A stretch of 64,000 nt of DNA, from the NCBI GenBank assembly GCA_002269645.1, contig NIVC01000024.1, positions 310,001-374,000 of the forward strand. The letters run 5' to 3'. Under the pieces are notes generated by a model, which saw only the letters and a program-made list of their open reading frames with translations, did no database searches and was not told the origin of the DNA. The position numbers and the translations under genes were made by a program. Position 1 is the stretch's first letter. Every line of letters starts with the position of its first letter. Source of the stretch: Macrostomum lignano (Eukaryota). Positions 51,346-64,000 of the stretch are shown piece by piece.

Positions 51346-51909
51346 AAAGCTGGGGTTGGTGCAGGCTTCATAAAAATCAACTTAACAAAGTAGCAGCATG
51401 TAAACATTGAATAAAGTGCTAGACAATTATATTGCCTCAATATAGATATATATTTTTAGTATGCTAGAAGACTGTTGGCTTGCCAACTGCGGCGCTTAAT
51501 AATAGATTTTTTGTTACAAAATGAACAAAAACGTTGACAAATATGCACGGCAGTTAGACTCTGGGTCACTTTGGGCAGGAAAAATAGAAAATCCATCTTT
51601 AGGAAAGCAGAGAAAACGCGATTATGTTTCAATACAAATCTTGACAAATTAGATCAGTTAATTCTATCTTTGCTTCGGAATTACATGCATGGGACCGGGC
51701 ACAGCCATTTTGTGTGAGGGGTATTCGTACCCGCTATTATTGCATTGGGAAAGCTTTTATATAATATAAGTAGATTAACTTACTCCAGGAATGAGCTGTG
51801 CAGCTGCAGGGTTAACACTACTTAAAGGTATTACTTTTTATGTATTTTTGTGAGACAAAAAGTGCTGCTTCCACGGCTTGATTGTTAAACTGTAGTAGAT
51901 CTTCATATT

Positions 51910-52080
51910 GGGCTGGTTACCTTCCCAGATCCTCAGACCGGGTTGGTTACCTTCCCAGATCCTCAGACCCTGTTGGTACCTTCACAGATCCTCAGACCGG
52001 GTTGGTTACCTTCCCAGATCCTCAGACCCTGTTGGTACCTTCACAGATCCTCAGACCGGGTTGTTTACCTTCCCAGATTT
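51910..52080. repeat. Short array with core TTCCCAGATCCTCAGACC (about 30 bp)
   Basis: The core is the reverse complement of CTGAGGATCTGGGA in the 28-bp family. Confidence 0.85.
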
Positions 52081-53151
52081 TCACACTGGCATTCTCCTAG
52101 GCCACTGCATTTTAGCCGTTTACTTGCTAAAGACTGTTTTGTTCCACGATTTTGCAGTATCCACGATTAGCTCGTCTTGTTGAAAAAGACCCAGCTGCAG
52201 ATCTGTCTGTCATAATTGCATAATTACAAGCTAAGAAGCACGTCTCTCGCAGCTGTACTCAGTACCTGGGCCATTAGTCGGTGTTGGAGTTGCTTGGTGT
52301 GGCACACAGAATGAAAACGAAAAGCGAGTTCGGGATTAACACAGATTAGGGCCCGGTGCACAGGTGGAGCGAGGCGTAAATTATAGCAGTAAAATACACG
52401 CGAATCTGGCGAGAGCGAATGACCAATCAGACTATCGAAAAATACCTATTTTTTTAAACACGTCAGTAAAAAACAAAAAAGCTATTTCGAAAAAACAAAT
52501 CGATAATAAAACAAGATAATTGCTTTGACACACAAGCAGTTACGTCACAATTGACCAAGACGGGACAAAACTTAACAGCCAAAACATAGCACAACGGATA
52601 TGCTAGTGTGCAATAGCTGGCTTCTTTGCGCCCGCAGAATGCATAAATTAATTGCCTACGAAATCAAAGCTGACAAGAAAAGTAGTTCTGACGAGTAATC
52701 GGCCTTTGTTGGAACAGGGTTGAGAATATCTAGCTTCACTTTCTGGTTACTCTTTGTCATTCTATATCGTTTATCTAGACACTTGTACACGCTCGATATT
52801 GTCTGGTTGAGGCTCATTGTTTAATCAACCTCCATCGACATATTTCAGATGAGCAATCTATAATAAAAATCCTTCATCCACGATTTCAATATGCTTGCTT
52901 CTACTTTCGTCTATGGTCAAACACCGTCAATGGTCTGTGTGGCATTGGTCTGTACTCTCCCCATGCACTTTTTTAGACAATCGTCGAAGCATGGGTTGAA
53001 TATTATTGGCCGTCTTTAACTGAGCTCTCGACATGTTAAATAACCGTCAATCGTCCGATAGTCGAAATTATAAAAAAAATTTGAGCTAGCGAATGTGACT
53101 AGCAAGAATGTTTGACGATGAGAAACTTTGAGCTCGGGAAAACCGACTGGC

Positions 53152-56100
53152 CTAGAATCCTGACGAGCCGTCTCCATCGGGAAAGCGAACGCCCGATGCT
53201 GTTGCGGCCTCGCCAGCGTGGGACTGCAGTTTGCTGTGGACTTTCATGTGCCTAGTAATCATGTCTCTCCGACAGGCGGAGTAGTTGCACACGCTGCAAA
53301 TGTACGGCTTCTCACCCGTGTGCGTTCGCATGTGAGTGCTCAGGTGGTCCGATCTGAAGCGGTTGGAAATGCGTTTAGGGTTTTTGCTTTTCATAGCTGC
53401 GCGAGTGGGTGTGACTTGAGTTAGTTCATGGCCGAAAGTGCGATATATCATGACCAAAGGTTGCTTTCTTCGTAACTTAACTGCGTATCTCTTCTCCAAA
53501 TTAGATTAAGAGAGAAGCAGTGTTATGGGCCCTGGATTTTTTGACCAGAGCGCAATGCAATGAAGCAAAAATGTTAACGGAAGGGGTTTTAACTGAGGAG
53601 TTTCAGAACAGAAGACTGTCTGGGTTTTGAAAGTGGAATGCTATCGATGATTCAAGACACAGACTGCATGGGTTTAAAGAGTGGAATGCTATCGATGATT
53701 TAAGTCACAGACTGCATGGGTTTAAAGAGTGGAATGCTATCGATGATTCAAGACACAGACTGCATGGGTTTAAAGAGTGGAATGCTATCGATGATTTAAG
53801 TCACAGACTGCATGGGTTTAAAGAGTGGAATGCTATCGATGATTCAAGACACAGACTGCATGGGTTTAAAGAGTGGAATGCTATCGATGATTCAAGACAC
53901 AGACTGCATGGGTTTAAAGAGTGGAATGCTATCGATGATTCAAGACACAGACTGCATGGGTTTAAAGAGTGGAATGCTATCGATGATTCAAGACACAGAC
54001 TGCATGGGTTTAAAGAGTGGAATGCTATCGATGATTCAAGGCACAGACTGCATGGGTTTAAAGAGTGGAATGCTATCGATGATTTAAGACAGACTGCATG
54101 GATTCAAAGAGTGGAATGCTATCGATGATTCAAGACACAGACTGCATGGGTTTAAAGAGTGGAATGTCATCGATGATTCAAGACAGACTGCATGGATTCA
54201 AAGAGTGGAATGCTATCGATGATTCAAGACACAGACTGCATGGGTTTAAAGAGTGGAATGTCATCGATGATTCAAGACAGACTGCATGGATTCAAAGAGT
54301 GGAATGCTATCGATGATTCAAGACACAGACTGCATGGGTTTAAAGAGTGGAATGCTATCGATGATTCAAGACACAGACTGCATGGGTTTAAAGAGTGGAA
54401 TGTCATCGATGATTCAAGACTGACTGCATGGATTCAAAGAGTGGAATGCTATCGATGATTCAAGACACAGACTGCATGGGTTTAAAGAGTGGAATGCTAT
54501 CGATGATTCAAGACACAGACTGCATGGGTTTAAAGAGTGGAATGTCATCGATGATTCAAGACAGACTGCATGGATTCAAAGAGTGGAATGCTATCGATGA
54601 TTCAAGACACAGACTGCATGGGTTTAAAGAGTGGAATGTCATCGATGATTCAAGACAGACTGCATGGATTCAAAGAGTGGAATGCTATCGATGATTCAAG
54701 ACACAGACTGCATGGGTTTAAAGAGTGGAATGTCATCGATGATTCAAGACAGACTGCATGGGTTTAAAGAGTGGAATGTCATCGATGATTCAAGACAGAC
54801 TGCATGGATTCAAAGAGTGGAATGCTATCGATGATTCAAGACACAGACTGCATGGGTTTAAAGAGTGGAATGTCATCGATGATTCAAGACAGACTGCATG
54901 GATTCAAAGAGTGGAATGCTATCGATGATTCAAGACAGACTGCATGGGTTTAAAGAGTGGAATGTCATCGATGATTCAAGACAGACTGCATGGATTCAAA
55001 GAGTGGAATGCTATCGATAATTCAAGACACAGACTGCATGGGTTTAAAGAGTGGAATGTCATCGATGATTCAAGACAGACTGCATGGGTTTAAAGAGTGG
55101 AATGTCATCGATGATTCAAGACAGACTGCATGGATTCAAAGAGTGGAATGCTATCGATGATTCAAGACACAGACTGCATGGGTTTAAAGAGTGCAATGCT
55201 ATCGATGATTCAAGACAGACTGCATGGGTTTAAAGAGTGGAATGTCATCGATGATTCAAGACACAGACTGGGTTTAAAGTGTGGAATGTCATCGTCGTCT
55301 ATCAATGAGAAAGTCCTCTGTACATCCCGCGTGAGCGTCTAACTACACTTACAAAAATAAATTCCAGCTTACAAACGTGCATGCCTATAGAAGCAGCAGC
55401 AGTAGCTTTATGTTATGTCCTGAGCTGCGGAATGATACACTCTCAAGCAGTCCAGGGGGTCGCATGACTTTTGGCAATGTTTACATAAATCGATGATGCG
55501 ATGCATGCATGTAATTTGGACCTGGGGACAGGACCTGTGTAACGTGAATCCCTATACGATCCTTGTATATTAATATCTCACTAATTCACAAGACTGCTAT
55601 GCACACAAAATCTTTATATCTGGCTATTAGCGATCAATATAAATTTAGCCTTCAACTAAGCTTTGCCAGTGCAAAATAGAATTGGTTGCACTTGCACTGT
55701 GCCAGCGACTGTTTATGGCTGGCCTTCCTATGTATGTATATGCTGAATTTCTCACGGAGTACTATTGAGCTCTGTATACGCAATTGTGTAGCGAAGCCAA
55801 ACACCAGATTTTACCAACTGATCTGAGAATTGCATGTTAGATCTGCGGCAGACTGACCGCGTACGCGGCATGTACACCCGTTGCACACTAATAAATTTGC
55901 ATATCGCTTCTCTTGATTCTTTTAGTGAGGATTTTATGACGATAGCTGCAGCTGATACAAATTAATAGCAAATTTTCAATGAGGTGTTCGTGTTAGAGTA
56001 ATAACTTCGGCACTGACTAGCTAACTGTAATCAGCTGGTTTCAGGTCTTGAGCTCAAGTGTCAGATTCAATCGACAAGTGTCAGCTTGAATCCGATAGTG

Positions 56101-59100
56101 TCAGGCTCTGTGTGTCAATCATACAATTGTACCCCATATTACTTTCTGCACTATTGAGTACAGACCTAGGCAGCCTAGCTAGACAAATTTGAAAGAATTG
56201 ACTCGTTGACACTGCAAGCGCGGAGCACGGCAAGGTGTCAAATAAGGTTAAAAGCATGTCTTGCTAATGACTTGATGGTAAGGTGTTTGCTCATCAAATT
56301 TACAATGCTCGCTTAGCTTTATTGCCTTGTGTTTTATTTATGCAAATGGCCTTTAATGCCCCAAACCCATTGGCAGAAAGCTCGGAGCTTGACTATTACG
56401 AAGTATTAATTATTACTATTATTGGGTGGCTAGAGCATTGACGACCCTAAGTCACGATTTTTAACTGGGTAATTGAATAGTCTTTTATCCTCCGGAAATA
56501 AGCCGATCAGAAGTAGACATCCTTTGGAGAATATAGGCTAGAGGTAAGAATAAAATGTAGAATCAAGGGTAGAATGAACTGTAGAATCGAGGGTAGAATG
56601 AAATGTAGAATCAATGGTAGAATGAACTGTAGAATCGAGGGAAGAATGAACTGTAAAGTCGAGGGTAGAATGAACTGTAGAATCGAGGGTAGAATGAACT
56701 GTAGAATAGAGGGTAGATTGAAATGTAGAATCCAGAGTAGAATGAACTGTAGAATAGAGGGTAGAATCAACTGTAGAATAGAGGGTAGAATCAACTGTAG
56801 AATAGGGGGTAGAATCAACTGTAGAATAGAGGGTAGAATCAACTGTAGAATAGAGGGTAGAATGAACTGTAGAATAGAGGGTAGAATCAACTGTAGAATA
56901 GAGGGTAGAATCAACTGTAGAATAGAGGGTAGAATCAACTGTAGAATAGAGGGTAGAATCAACTGTAGAATAGAGGGTAGAATCAACTGAAGAATAGAGG
57001 GTAGAATCAACTGTAGAATAGAGGGTAGAATCAACTGTAGAATAGAGGGTAGAATCAACTGTAGAATTGAGGGTAGAATCAACTGTAGAATAGAGGGTAG
57101 AATCAACTGTAGAATAGAGGGTAGAATCAACTGTAGAATAGAGGGTAGAATCAACTGTAGAATAGAGGGTAGAATCAACTGTAGAATAGAGGGTAGAATC
57201 AACTGTAGAATAGAGGGTAGAATCAACTGTAGAATAGAGGGTAGAATCAACTGTAGAACCGAGGGTAGAATGAACTGTAGAATAGAGGGTAGAATGAACT
57301 GTAGAACCGAGGGTAGAATGAACTGTAGAATCGAGGGTAGAATGAACTGTAGAACCGAGGGTAGAATGAACTGTAGAACCGAGGGTAGAATGAACTGTAG
57401 AATCGAGGGTAGAATGAACTGTAGAATCGAGGGTAGAATGAACTGTAGAATCGAGGGTAGAATGAACTGTAGAACCGAGGGTAGAATGAACTGTAGAATC
57501 GAGGGTATAATGAACTGTAGAACCGAGGGTAGAATGAACTGTAGAATAGAGGGTAGAATGAACTGTAGAACCGAGGGTAGAATGAACTGTAGAATCGAGG
57601 GTAGAATGAACTTTAGAACCGAGGGTAGAATCAACTGAAGAATAGAGGGTAGAATCAACTGTAGAATCAAGGGTAGAATGAACTGTAGAACCGAGGGTAG
57701 AATCAACTGAAGAATAGAGGGTAGAATGAACTGTAGAATCAAGGGTAGAATGAACTGTAGAACCGAGGGTAGAATCAACTGAAGAATAGAGGGTAGAATC
57801 AACTGTAGAATCAAGGGTAGAATGAACTGTAGAACCGAGGGTAGAATCAACTGAAGAATAGAGGGTAGAATGAACTGTAGAATCAAGGGTAGAATGAACT
57901 GTAGAACCGAGGGTAGAATCAACTGAAGAATAGAGGGTAGAATCAACTGTAGAATAGGGGGTAGAATCAACTGTAGAATAGAGGGTAGAATCAACTGTAG
58001 AATAGAGGGTAGAATGAACTGTAGAATAGAGGGTAGAATCAACTGTAGAATAGAGGGTAGAATCAACTGTAGAATAGAGGGTAGAATCAACTGTAGAATA
58101 GAGGGTAGAATCAACTGTAGAATAGAGGGTATTGCGGCATGAGTTGCAGTTGCAGGATTTCTCCATCACTCGAATATGCTCAGCAAGTTTCGAGCTGTCA
58201 CTGCAATGATATGTCGCTACTTCAAGACGAAACCTCAATCCGATCATGCGACGCAGATAAAAGTACATCGGAGAGTAGCGTCGAGGGAGGTACGAGAAAG
58301 CGAGAAAAAGCAAAAAAGCTCATCATTTTGTACTTTTCAAACTAAACGATCCTCAGTTCTCTCCCTGTGGCTCAAAGCAGCCCCTCGGTCGGGGAGGGGG
58401 ATGAGGGGGCAGAGTGCCTAGCGAGTGCACTTTCTGATGACGTCAATGTGCCCTGTTGGCGCGAGCAATTTGCGTGAGCAGGAGGCGGCGGAGGTGGGGC
58501 GTGGCAATGGGAAGATTCGCTGTTGAGAGAGTGAGGCACGGAGGTGCTCCCCGGCTCAAAGCTAGGGAAGAGTGCACCACTCGGCAGTTGGCGCGGAGGT
58601 GAGGGAAGCTTCTAGTCCCCGCTCTGTCCCATAAGCCCCCTCTGCCCGTGGCTGAACTATCATAGCAACTCTCTCCCCGGCAGGTTCTAAATTTAGATAT
58701 CTGGCAACGCAAACCCCCCCCCGTGGCCTGTCAGAGACAGACAAATTGTATTTTGTAGAAGCAGCAAGCAGAGAGCTGGGGAGACAAAAGTTGTGGAAAC
58801 AAAAGAGTTCAGGCCCTGACCGTGACTTGATTGTTGGGGGACGGAAAGCATAGGTCGGGTTTAGCCTTGTGTATTAAGCGGTATCTGAGACTCTGAGAGT
58901 TCCCAGTGAACTTTAAAAAGCATTCTGATCCCTGATTTTTGTTTAACAGTAAACGTTGGATTCACTTGCGTTTACTTCTATCGGTGTTAGTAAAACTGCA
59001 GGTAGAATAAGGTCACTGCAATGTCAGATATCAGTGCCAAATAAATTCTTCCATTGTTTCACAACTCAATCGCTCAGTGGCGCACCTGTTGAGCACTCAA

Positions 59101-60447
59101 TGCTTCCAATTCAGAATTGTAAATTGTTTTTTGCATGACTGATTTCTGAAAGCTCCAGTTCTCAGTCGAACACTTTCTCCCACTCATGTCTCCCCAGTCC
59201 CACTCTCACCCTCAAAATCCTCACCCTCTATCACCCCTCTCACCCTCTATTACCCCTCTCACCCTCTATCACCCTTCTCACTCTCTATCACCCTTCTCAA
59301 ACTCTATCACCCTTCTCACCCTCTATCACCCTTCTCACTCTCTATCAGCCTTCTCAAACTCTATCACCCGTCTCACCCTCTATCACCCCTCTCACCCTCT
59401 ATCACCCTTCTCACCCTCTATCACCCTTCTCACCCTCTATCACCCTTCTCACCCTCTATCACCCTTCTCACCCTCTATCACCCTTCTCACCCTCTATCAA
59501 CATTCTCACCCTCTATTACCCCTCTCACCCTCTATCACCCTTCTCACTCTCTATCACCCCTCTCACCCTCTATCACCCTTCTCACCCTCTATCACCCCTC
59601 TAACCCTCTATCAGCCATCTCTCTATCACCCATCTCACCCTCTATCACCCCTCTCCCCCTCTATCTCCCTCTCAACCTCCACTATGCCTCTTACCCTCTA
59701 TCACCCCTCTCACCCTCTATCACCCTTCTCACCCTCTATCACCCCTCTAACCCTCTATCAGCCATCTCTCTATCACCCATCTCACCCTCTATCACCCCTC
59801 TCCCCCTCTATCTCCCTCTCAACCTCCACTATGCCTCTTACCCTCTATCACCCCTCTTACCCTCTATCACCCCTCTTACCCTCTATCACCCCTCTTACCC
59901 TCCATCACCCCTCTCACTCTCTATCAGCCCTATCACCCTCCGTCATTTCTCTCACCCTTTACCACCCCTCTCAGCCTCTGCATCTTTCTCCTGATAAAAC
60001 ACAACACTCTATCGTTCTGACCACTGACCTTGAGAATGACTGCGGGCACAGGTGACACTCGTACGGCCTGGTGTTGCTGTGCAGCCGAACGTGCCTATTG
60101 AGCATATCGCTTCGGGTGAAACTGCGCCCGCAGAACTGGCACAGGTGGCCGCCGCTGCCGGAAGCGGTTGCTGGGGATTTCGACGCAGCAGATGGAGCTC
60201 TTGCTGGCTTTTGCTGCCTCCGATGCGGCTGCTGCGGAGGGAATACAAAATGCGGCGACAATTGCTGCTGCTGCTGCTGCTGCTGTTGTTGTTGCTGCAG
60301 TTGCTGCTGCTGCTGCAAGAAGGCCGCATTGTTGGGCGTCTGCGGTGCGCTCTGGCACATTCGAAATTGCTCCGCAAAAAAGTAAAAATTCGACTGCTGC
60401 TGCGTGTGATGTTGCTGCTGCCTCTGGAGCTGGTGCATTCTTAGTGC

Positions 60448-60487
<40 letters not shown>

Positions 60488-61155
60488 CCCTCCATCGTGC
60501 CGAGACTGAACGGTGACGGCATCGGAGAGAACGGATCGGACTCGAAATCAACCGACGGATGACTCGACGAACTATTCGAGCCTAACCGACGCTGGTCCGG
60601 CATCGAAGCGGAGCTCGAGTGTCGGATCTGCGGCGGTACGGCGAGCAGTCCGGAGCCGCTGCCGGCCGCCGCTTGGGCTGACGGTTCCTCCCGACCTGAT
60701 AAGTAGCGGTCTCGGAGGAGCTTCTTGAAGCCGCCAGCCTGACCGACAGCGTCCGAGGACGGTTGCTGCTGCTGCGGAGGTGCATGCAGCGGCGGTGGTG
60801 GCAGCGGAGGTTGAAAGAATGCCTGCTGCGGCTGCGGCGGCGGTGGCGGCTGCTGCTGCTGTTCAAGCCTTGCTGCTTCAGCCGATGAGCCACTGCTATT
60901 TCTACGCTTCATTCGTTTCTGATAGATTTGGGCTTGACTCATCTTGTCCAGGAGGCCAGAGAAGTCCCGGTGCGGCTGTTGCTTTTGCTTCGTCATCTCC
61001 TGCTCCTGCTGCTTCAGCTGAACCGATTCGCCAGCAGCTGCCGCCGCCGAGTGATCAAAGTCGAAGTTCAACTGCCGTTTGACTCCGCGGATCAGAGGGG
61101 AAATGACGCTGCCGGCCGACTGTGGCGGCTCTGGCGGGGAAGCCTCGCCAGACAT
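53152..61155 (-). CDS. klu: Klumpfuss-like (EGR/WT1-related) C2H2 zinc-finger transcription factor, 2 exons, about 442 aa
   Basis: Exons 61155-60029 (AG|GTCAGT) and 53353-53152 (TTCAG|), phase 2, rebuilding FSR|SDHLSTH. Three fingers with helices RSDMLNR, RSDHLST and ACRRDMITRH, the last being the klumpfuss signature, joined by TRPY/TGEKPY linkers. The N-terminus is Gln/Pro/Ser-rich. Confidence 0.85.
53620..55290. repeat. Minisatellite, 46/48-bp unit GACTGCATGGGTTTAAAGAGTGGAATGCTATCGATGATTCAAGACACA, in the klu intron
   Basis: Tandem repeats. Confidence 0.97.
56545..58130. repeat. Minisatellite, 24-bp unit GAGGGTAGAATCAACTGTAGAATA (dimer of two GTAGAAT 12-mers), in the klu intron
   Basis: Tandem repeats. 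Confidence 0.97.
58438..58505. promoter_or_regulatory. CRE palindrome TGACGTCA and GC box GGGGCGTGGC in a GC-rich intronic island of klu
   Basis: Exact motif matches at 58438-58445 and 58496-58505. Function is not shown. Confidence 0.3.
59200..59990. repeat. Minisatellite, 19-bp unit CTCTATCACCCTTCTCACC, in the klu intron
   Basis: Tandem repeats. Confidence 0.93.
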
Positions 61156-61869
61156 GCTGTTAGCAGTTAATAACAGCTAATTAGCATAATTTATTACGCT
61201 TATAGCCAGAAATTTCAACGCCGCAAGATGCGAACAGACAGGCAGTAGAAGACAGCACAGTCCGGATTAATAATTGGCACTGCATGGAGAGCGCATCTAT
61301 TTAAAAGTTTTTTTCTCTTCTCTACCCAACCAACACTCCTTTCTCCATGTCTGTCTCTGTCACCCCCGCTCTGTCCCTCCAGAGCCAACCCGCGAAGCCC
61401 CCCCCCCAAGGCCCTGGATGTTGGGGAACCCCTCCTCACCCAAGTATTGCCAGAGACCCCTAGGCAGCCACCACCCCAAACCCGCCTACAGCCGTGGGGT
61501 GGTGGGTGGCGGGAAGGGGGTTGGCCCGGGTGTGCGTGGGGGTGTTGGGGTAGAAAATCAGGCATGAACTTTAGTCAGACACAGGGTGGGCGGAACGGTC
61601 CGGTCAGTCCAGTCCAAGCGCTTAATTGCCGCCTATCCGCCCGCCTATCGCGCGACCCTTGAGAACGAGTGTGTCGAATAAAAAATGAGTGTCGGTGAAC
61701 ACTTGATCAACGACAAGGGAAGCTCCGTTGAACATTATCGCGCGCCCCCCCCTCCTTTCGTTAGGACAAACCTGGCTCTGACGCACTAAAAAGGTGCCAA
61801 CTTTTGAGAGCGTTTTATTTCTATACAATACAATCGTTTGGAGGCGTTAAAAAAACTAGTCTCGATGTA

Positions 61870-62405
61870 GCGTCATTAGTGGCGCGCACAATTAGTGTCA
61901 TTAGTGGCGCGCACAATTAGTGTCATTGGTGGCGCGCACAATTAGCGTCATTGGTGGCGCGCACAATTAGTGTCATTGGTGGCGCGCACAATTAGTGTCA
62001 TTGGTGGTGCGCACAATTAGTGTCATTGGTGGCGCGCACAATTAGTGTCATTGGTGGCGCGCACAATTAGTGTCATTGGTGGTGCCACAAGGTAGTGTCA
62101 TTGGTGGCACTGCAAAGTAACGACAATGGTGGCGCCACAAGGTAGCGACTCAATGATGGCGCCACAAGGTAGCGACTCAATGGTGGCGCCACAAGGTAGC
62201 GACACAATGATGGCGCCACAACGTAGCGACTCAATGATGGCGCCACAAGGTAGCGACACAATGATGGCGCCACAACGTAGCGACTCAATGATGGCGCCAC
62301 AACGTAGCGACTCAATGATGGCGCCACAACGTAGCGACTCAATGATGGCGCCACAACGTAGCGACTCAATGATGGCGCCACAAGGTAGCGACAATGGTGG
62401 CACCA
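61870..62405. repeat. Minisatellite, 25-bp GGTGGCGCGCACAATTAGTGTCATT switching to 27-bp GATGGCGCCACAACGTAGCGACTCAAT
   Basis: Two related adjacent blocks. Confidence 0.93.
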
Positions 62406-62899
62406 AAAACGGGGAAGCACTACGGATAACAAAAGAATAACTAATAAACATTTTCTCCAGAGAAAAGCAATCCGAGGCCCAGAGCATCAGGTGACTTGGG
62501 AAGGGCTGCGGACAGTGCGGAGAGCAGGTGGAGGCAACAGCCTTTTTAACGTCCTTATAGAGAACGGCCTCGCGTCTCAAGTACTAAATTATGCTAGCTT
62601 TTTTTCAGCAGAGGTAGGAAATAATTGCCCTTCACAACCCCATCATCGCGGAGATAGGGGGCTATAATGGAAATAGCAGTATGCCACGCAATCTAACGCT
62701 GTACGTTCTCAGCTCACTCTGAGTAGCGAGAGCTGCACTGTAAGAGTCAAGTCTGTAATATGCTGCTTATTAATTCTTTTTAAAGTAAAGTGGCTTGGCT
62801 TATGACTGGCCTGAAAACCAGGATTTTTTAAAAATGACTAGGCAAGTGCGAAACAAAAACTGCAGTGATCAGAAGACGGATGCGAGGCTGTCGCAGGTA

Positions 62900-63950
62900 T
62901 GTAGTCATAATCATATTACGCTCGTAGTTATAGTAATATGTAGTCATAGTCATATTAGTTATAGTCATATGTAGTCATAGTCATATTAGTTTTAGTCATA
63001 TGTAGTCATAGTCATATCATAGTCATATGTAGTCATAGTCATATTATGGTCATATGCAGTCATAGTCATATCTAGTCATAGTCATATTAGTTATGGTCAT
63101 AGTCATATTAGTCGTAGTCATATTAGTCATAGTCATATTAGTTATGGTCATAGTCATATTAGTCATAGTCATATTAGTTATGGTCATATGCAGTCATAGT
63201 CATATCATAGTCATTAGTTATGGTCATATGCAGTCATAGTCATATTATAGTCATATGTAGTCATAGTCATATTATAGTCATATGTAGTCATAGTTATATT
63301 AGTTATAGTCATATGTAGTCATAGTCATATCATAGTCATATGTAGTCATAGTCATATTATGGTCATATGCAGTCATAGTCATATCTAGTCATAGTCATAT
63401 TAGTTATGGTCATAGTCATATTAGTCGTAGTCATATTAGTCATAGTCATATTAGTTATGGTCATAGTCATATTAGTCATAGTCATATTAGTTATGGTCAT
63501 ATGCAGTCATAGTCATATTATAGTCATTAGTTATGGTCATATGCAGTCATAGGCATATTATAGTCATATTGTTATGGTCATATGCAGTCATAGTCATATC
63601 ATAGTCATTAGTTATGGTCATATGCAGTCATAGTCATATTATAGTCATTAGTTATGGTCATATGCAGTCATAGTCATATTATAGTCATATTGTTATGGTC
63701 ATATGCAGTCATAGTCATATTATAGTCATATTAGTTATGGTCATATGCAGTCATAGGCATATTATAGTCATATTGTTATGGTCATATGCAGTCATAGTCA
63801 TATCATAGTCATTAGTTATGGTCATATGCAGTCATAGTCATATTATAGTCATATGTAGTCATAGTCATATTATAGTCATATGTAGTCATAGTTATATTAG
63901 TTATAGTCATATGTAGTCATAGTCATATTATAGTCATATGCAGTCATAGT
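62900..63950. repeat. AGTCAT-hexamer-based compound minisatellite
   Basis: Tandem GTCATAGTCATATTAGTTATG variants. Confidence 0.95.
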
Positions 63951-64000
63951 CACCCGTAGACACAAAAATATCCAGAAAAAGGCCAGAGAATCAAAGGTTC

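Noticed and set aside
52348-52430. Harbinger-like terminus TTA|GGGCCCGGTGCACA
   Set aside because: No partner TIR was found in the window.
53620-55290. CRISPR-like appearance of 28-48 bp repeat arrays
   Set aside because: Units are contiguous with no unique spacers, no cas genes are present, and the context is eukaryotic.
60009-61170. Plus-strand poly-Ala/Leu/Cys ORFs
   Set aside because: They are antisense shadows of the klu poly-Gln (CAG)n exon.
62470-62580. LYKDVKKAVASTCSPHC on the minus strand, resembling a retroviral integrase zinc-binding segment
   Set aside because: The Cys spacing is wrong and no other integrase motifs flank it.

Overview
This is eukaryotic DNA with spliceosomal GT-AG introns, CpG-rich exons and AT-rich, CpG-poor spacers. 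Almost every large intron and spacer holds a different minisatellite. That style suggests a free-living flatworm such as Macrostomum (inference only; no database was searched). Six protein-coding genes could be assembled exon by exon with in-frame splice junctions: MRPS27 (-), ZC3HC1/NIPA (+), a rhodopsin-type orphan peptide GPCR (-), a calmodulin-like/myosin-light-chain-like protein with degenerate EF hands (+), PRMT7 (+) and a klumpfuss-like C2H2 zinc-finger factor (-). Several non-autonomous DNA transposons could be delimited by TIRs and TSDs: three related hAT elements (8-bp TSDs), a Sola2-like element (4-bp TSD) and a 1-kb foldback element with a TTAA TSD inserted into a minisatellite. 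A decayed RTE-type reverse transcriptase is also present. Most long ORFs in the supplied track are translations of tandem repeats. There are no CRISPR arrays, and no rRNA or tRNA genes were recognised. The most unusual signals are minisatellites built from 5' splice-site consensus motifs, a hAT MITE that grew about 10-fold by amplifying its own internal motif, the TTAA foldback element with atypical CAG termini, and asymmetric CpG decay between two arms of one inverted repeat.
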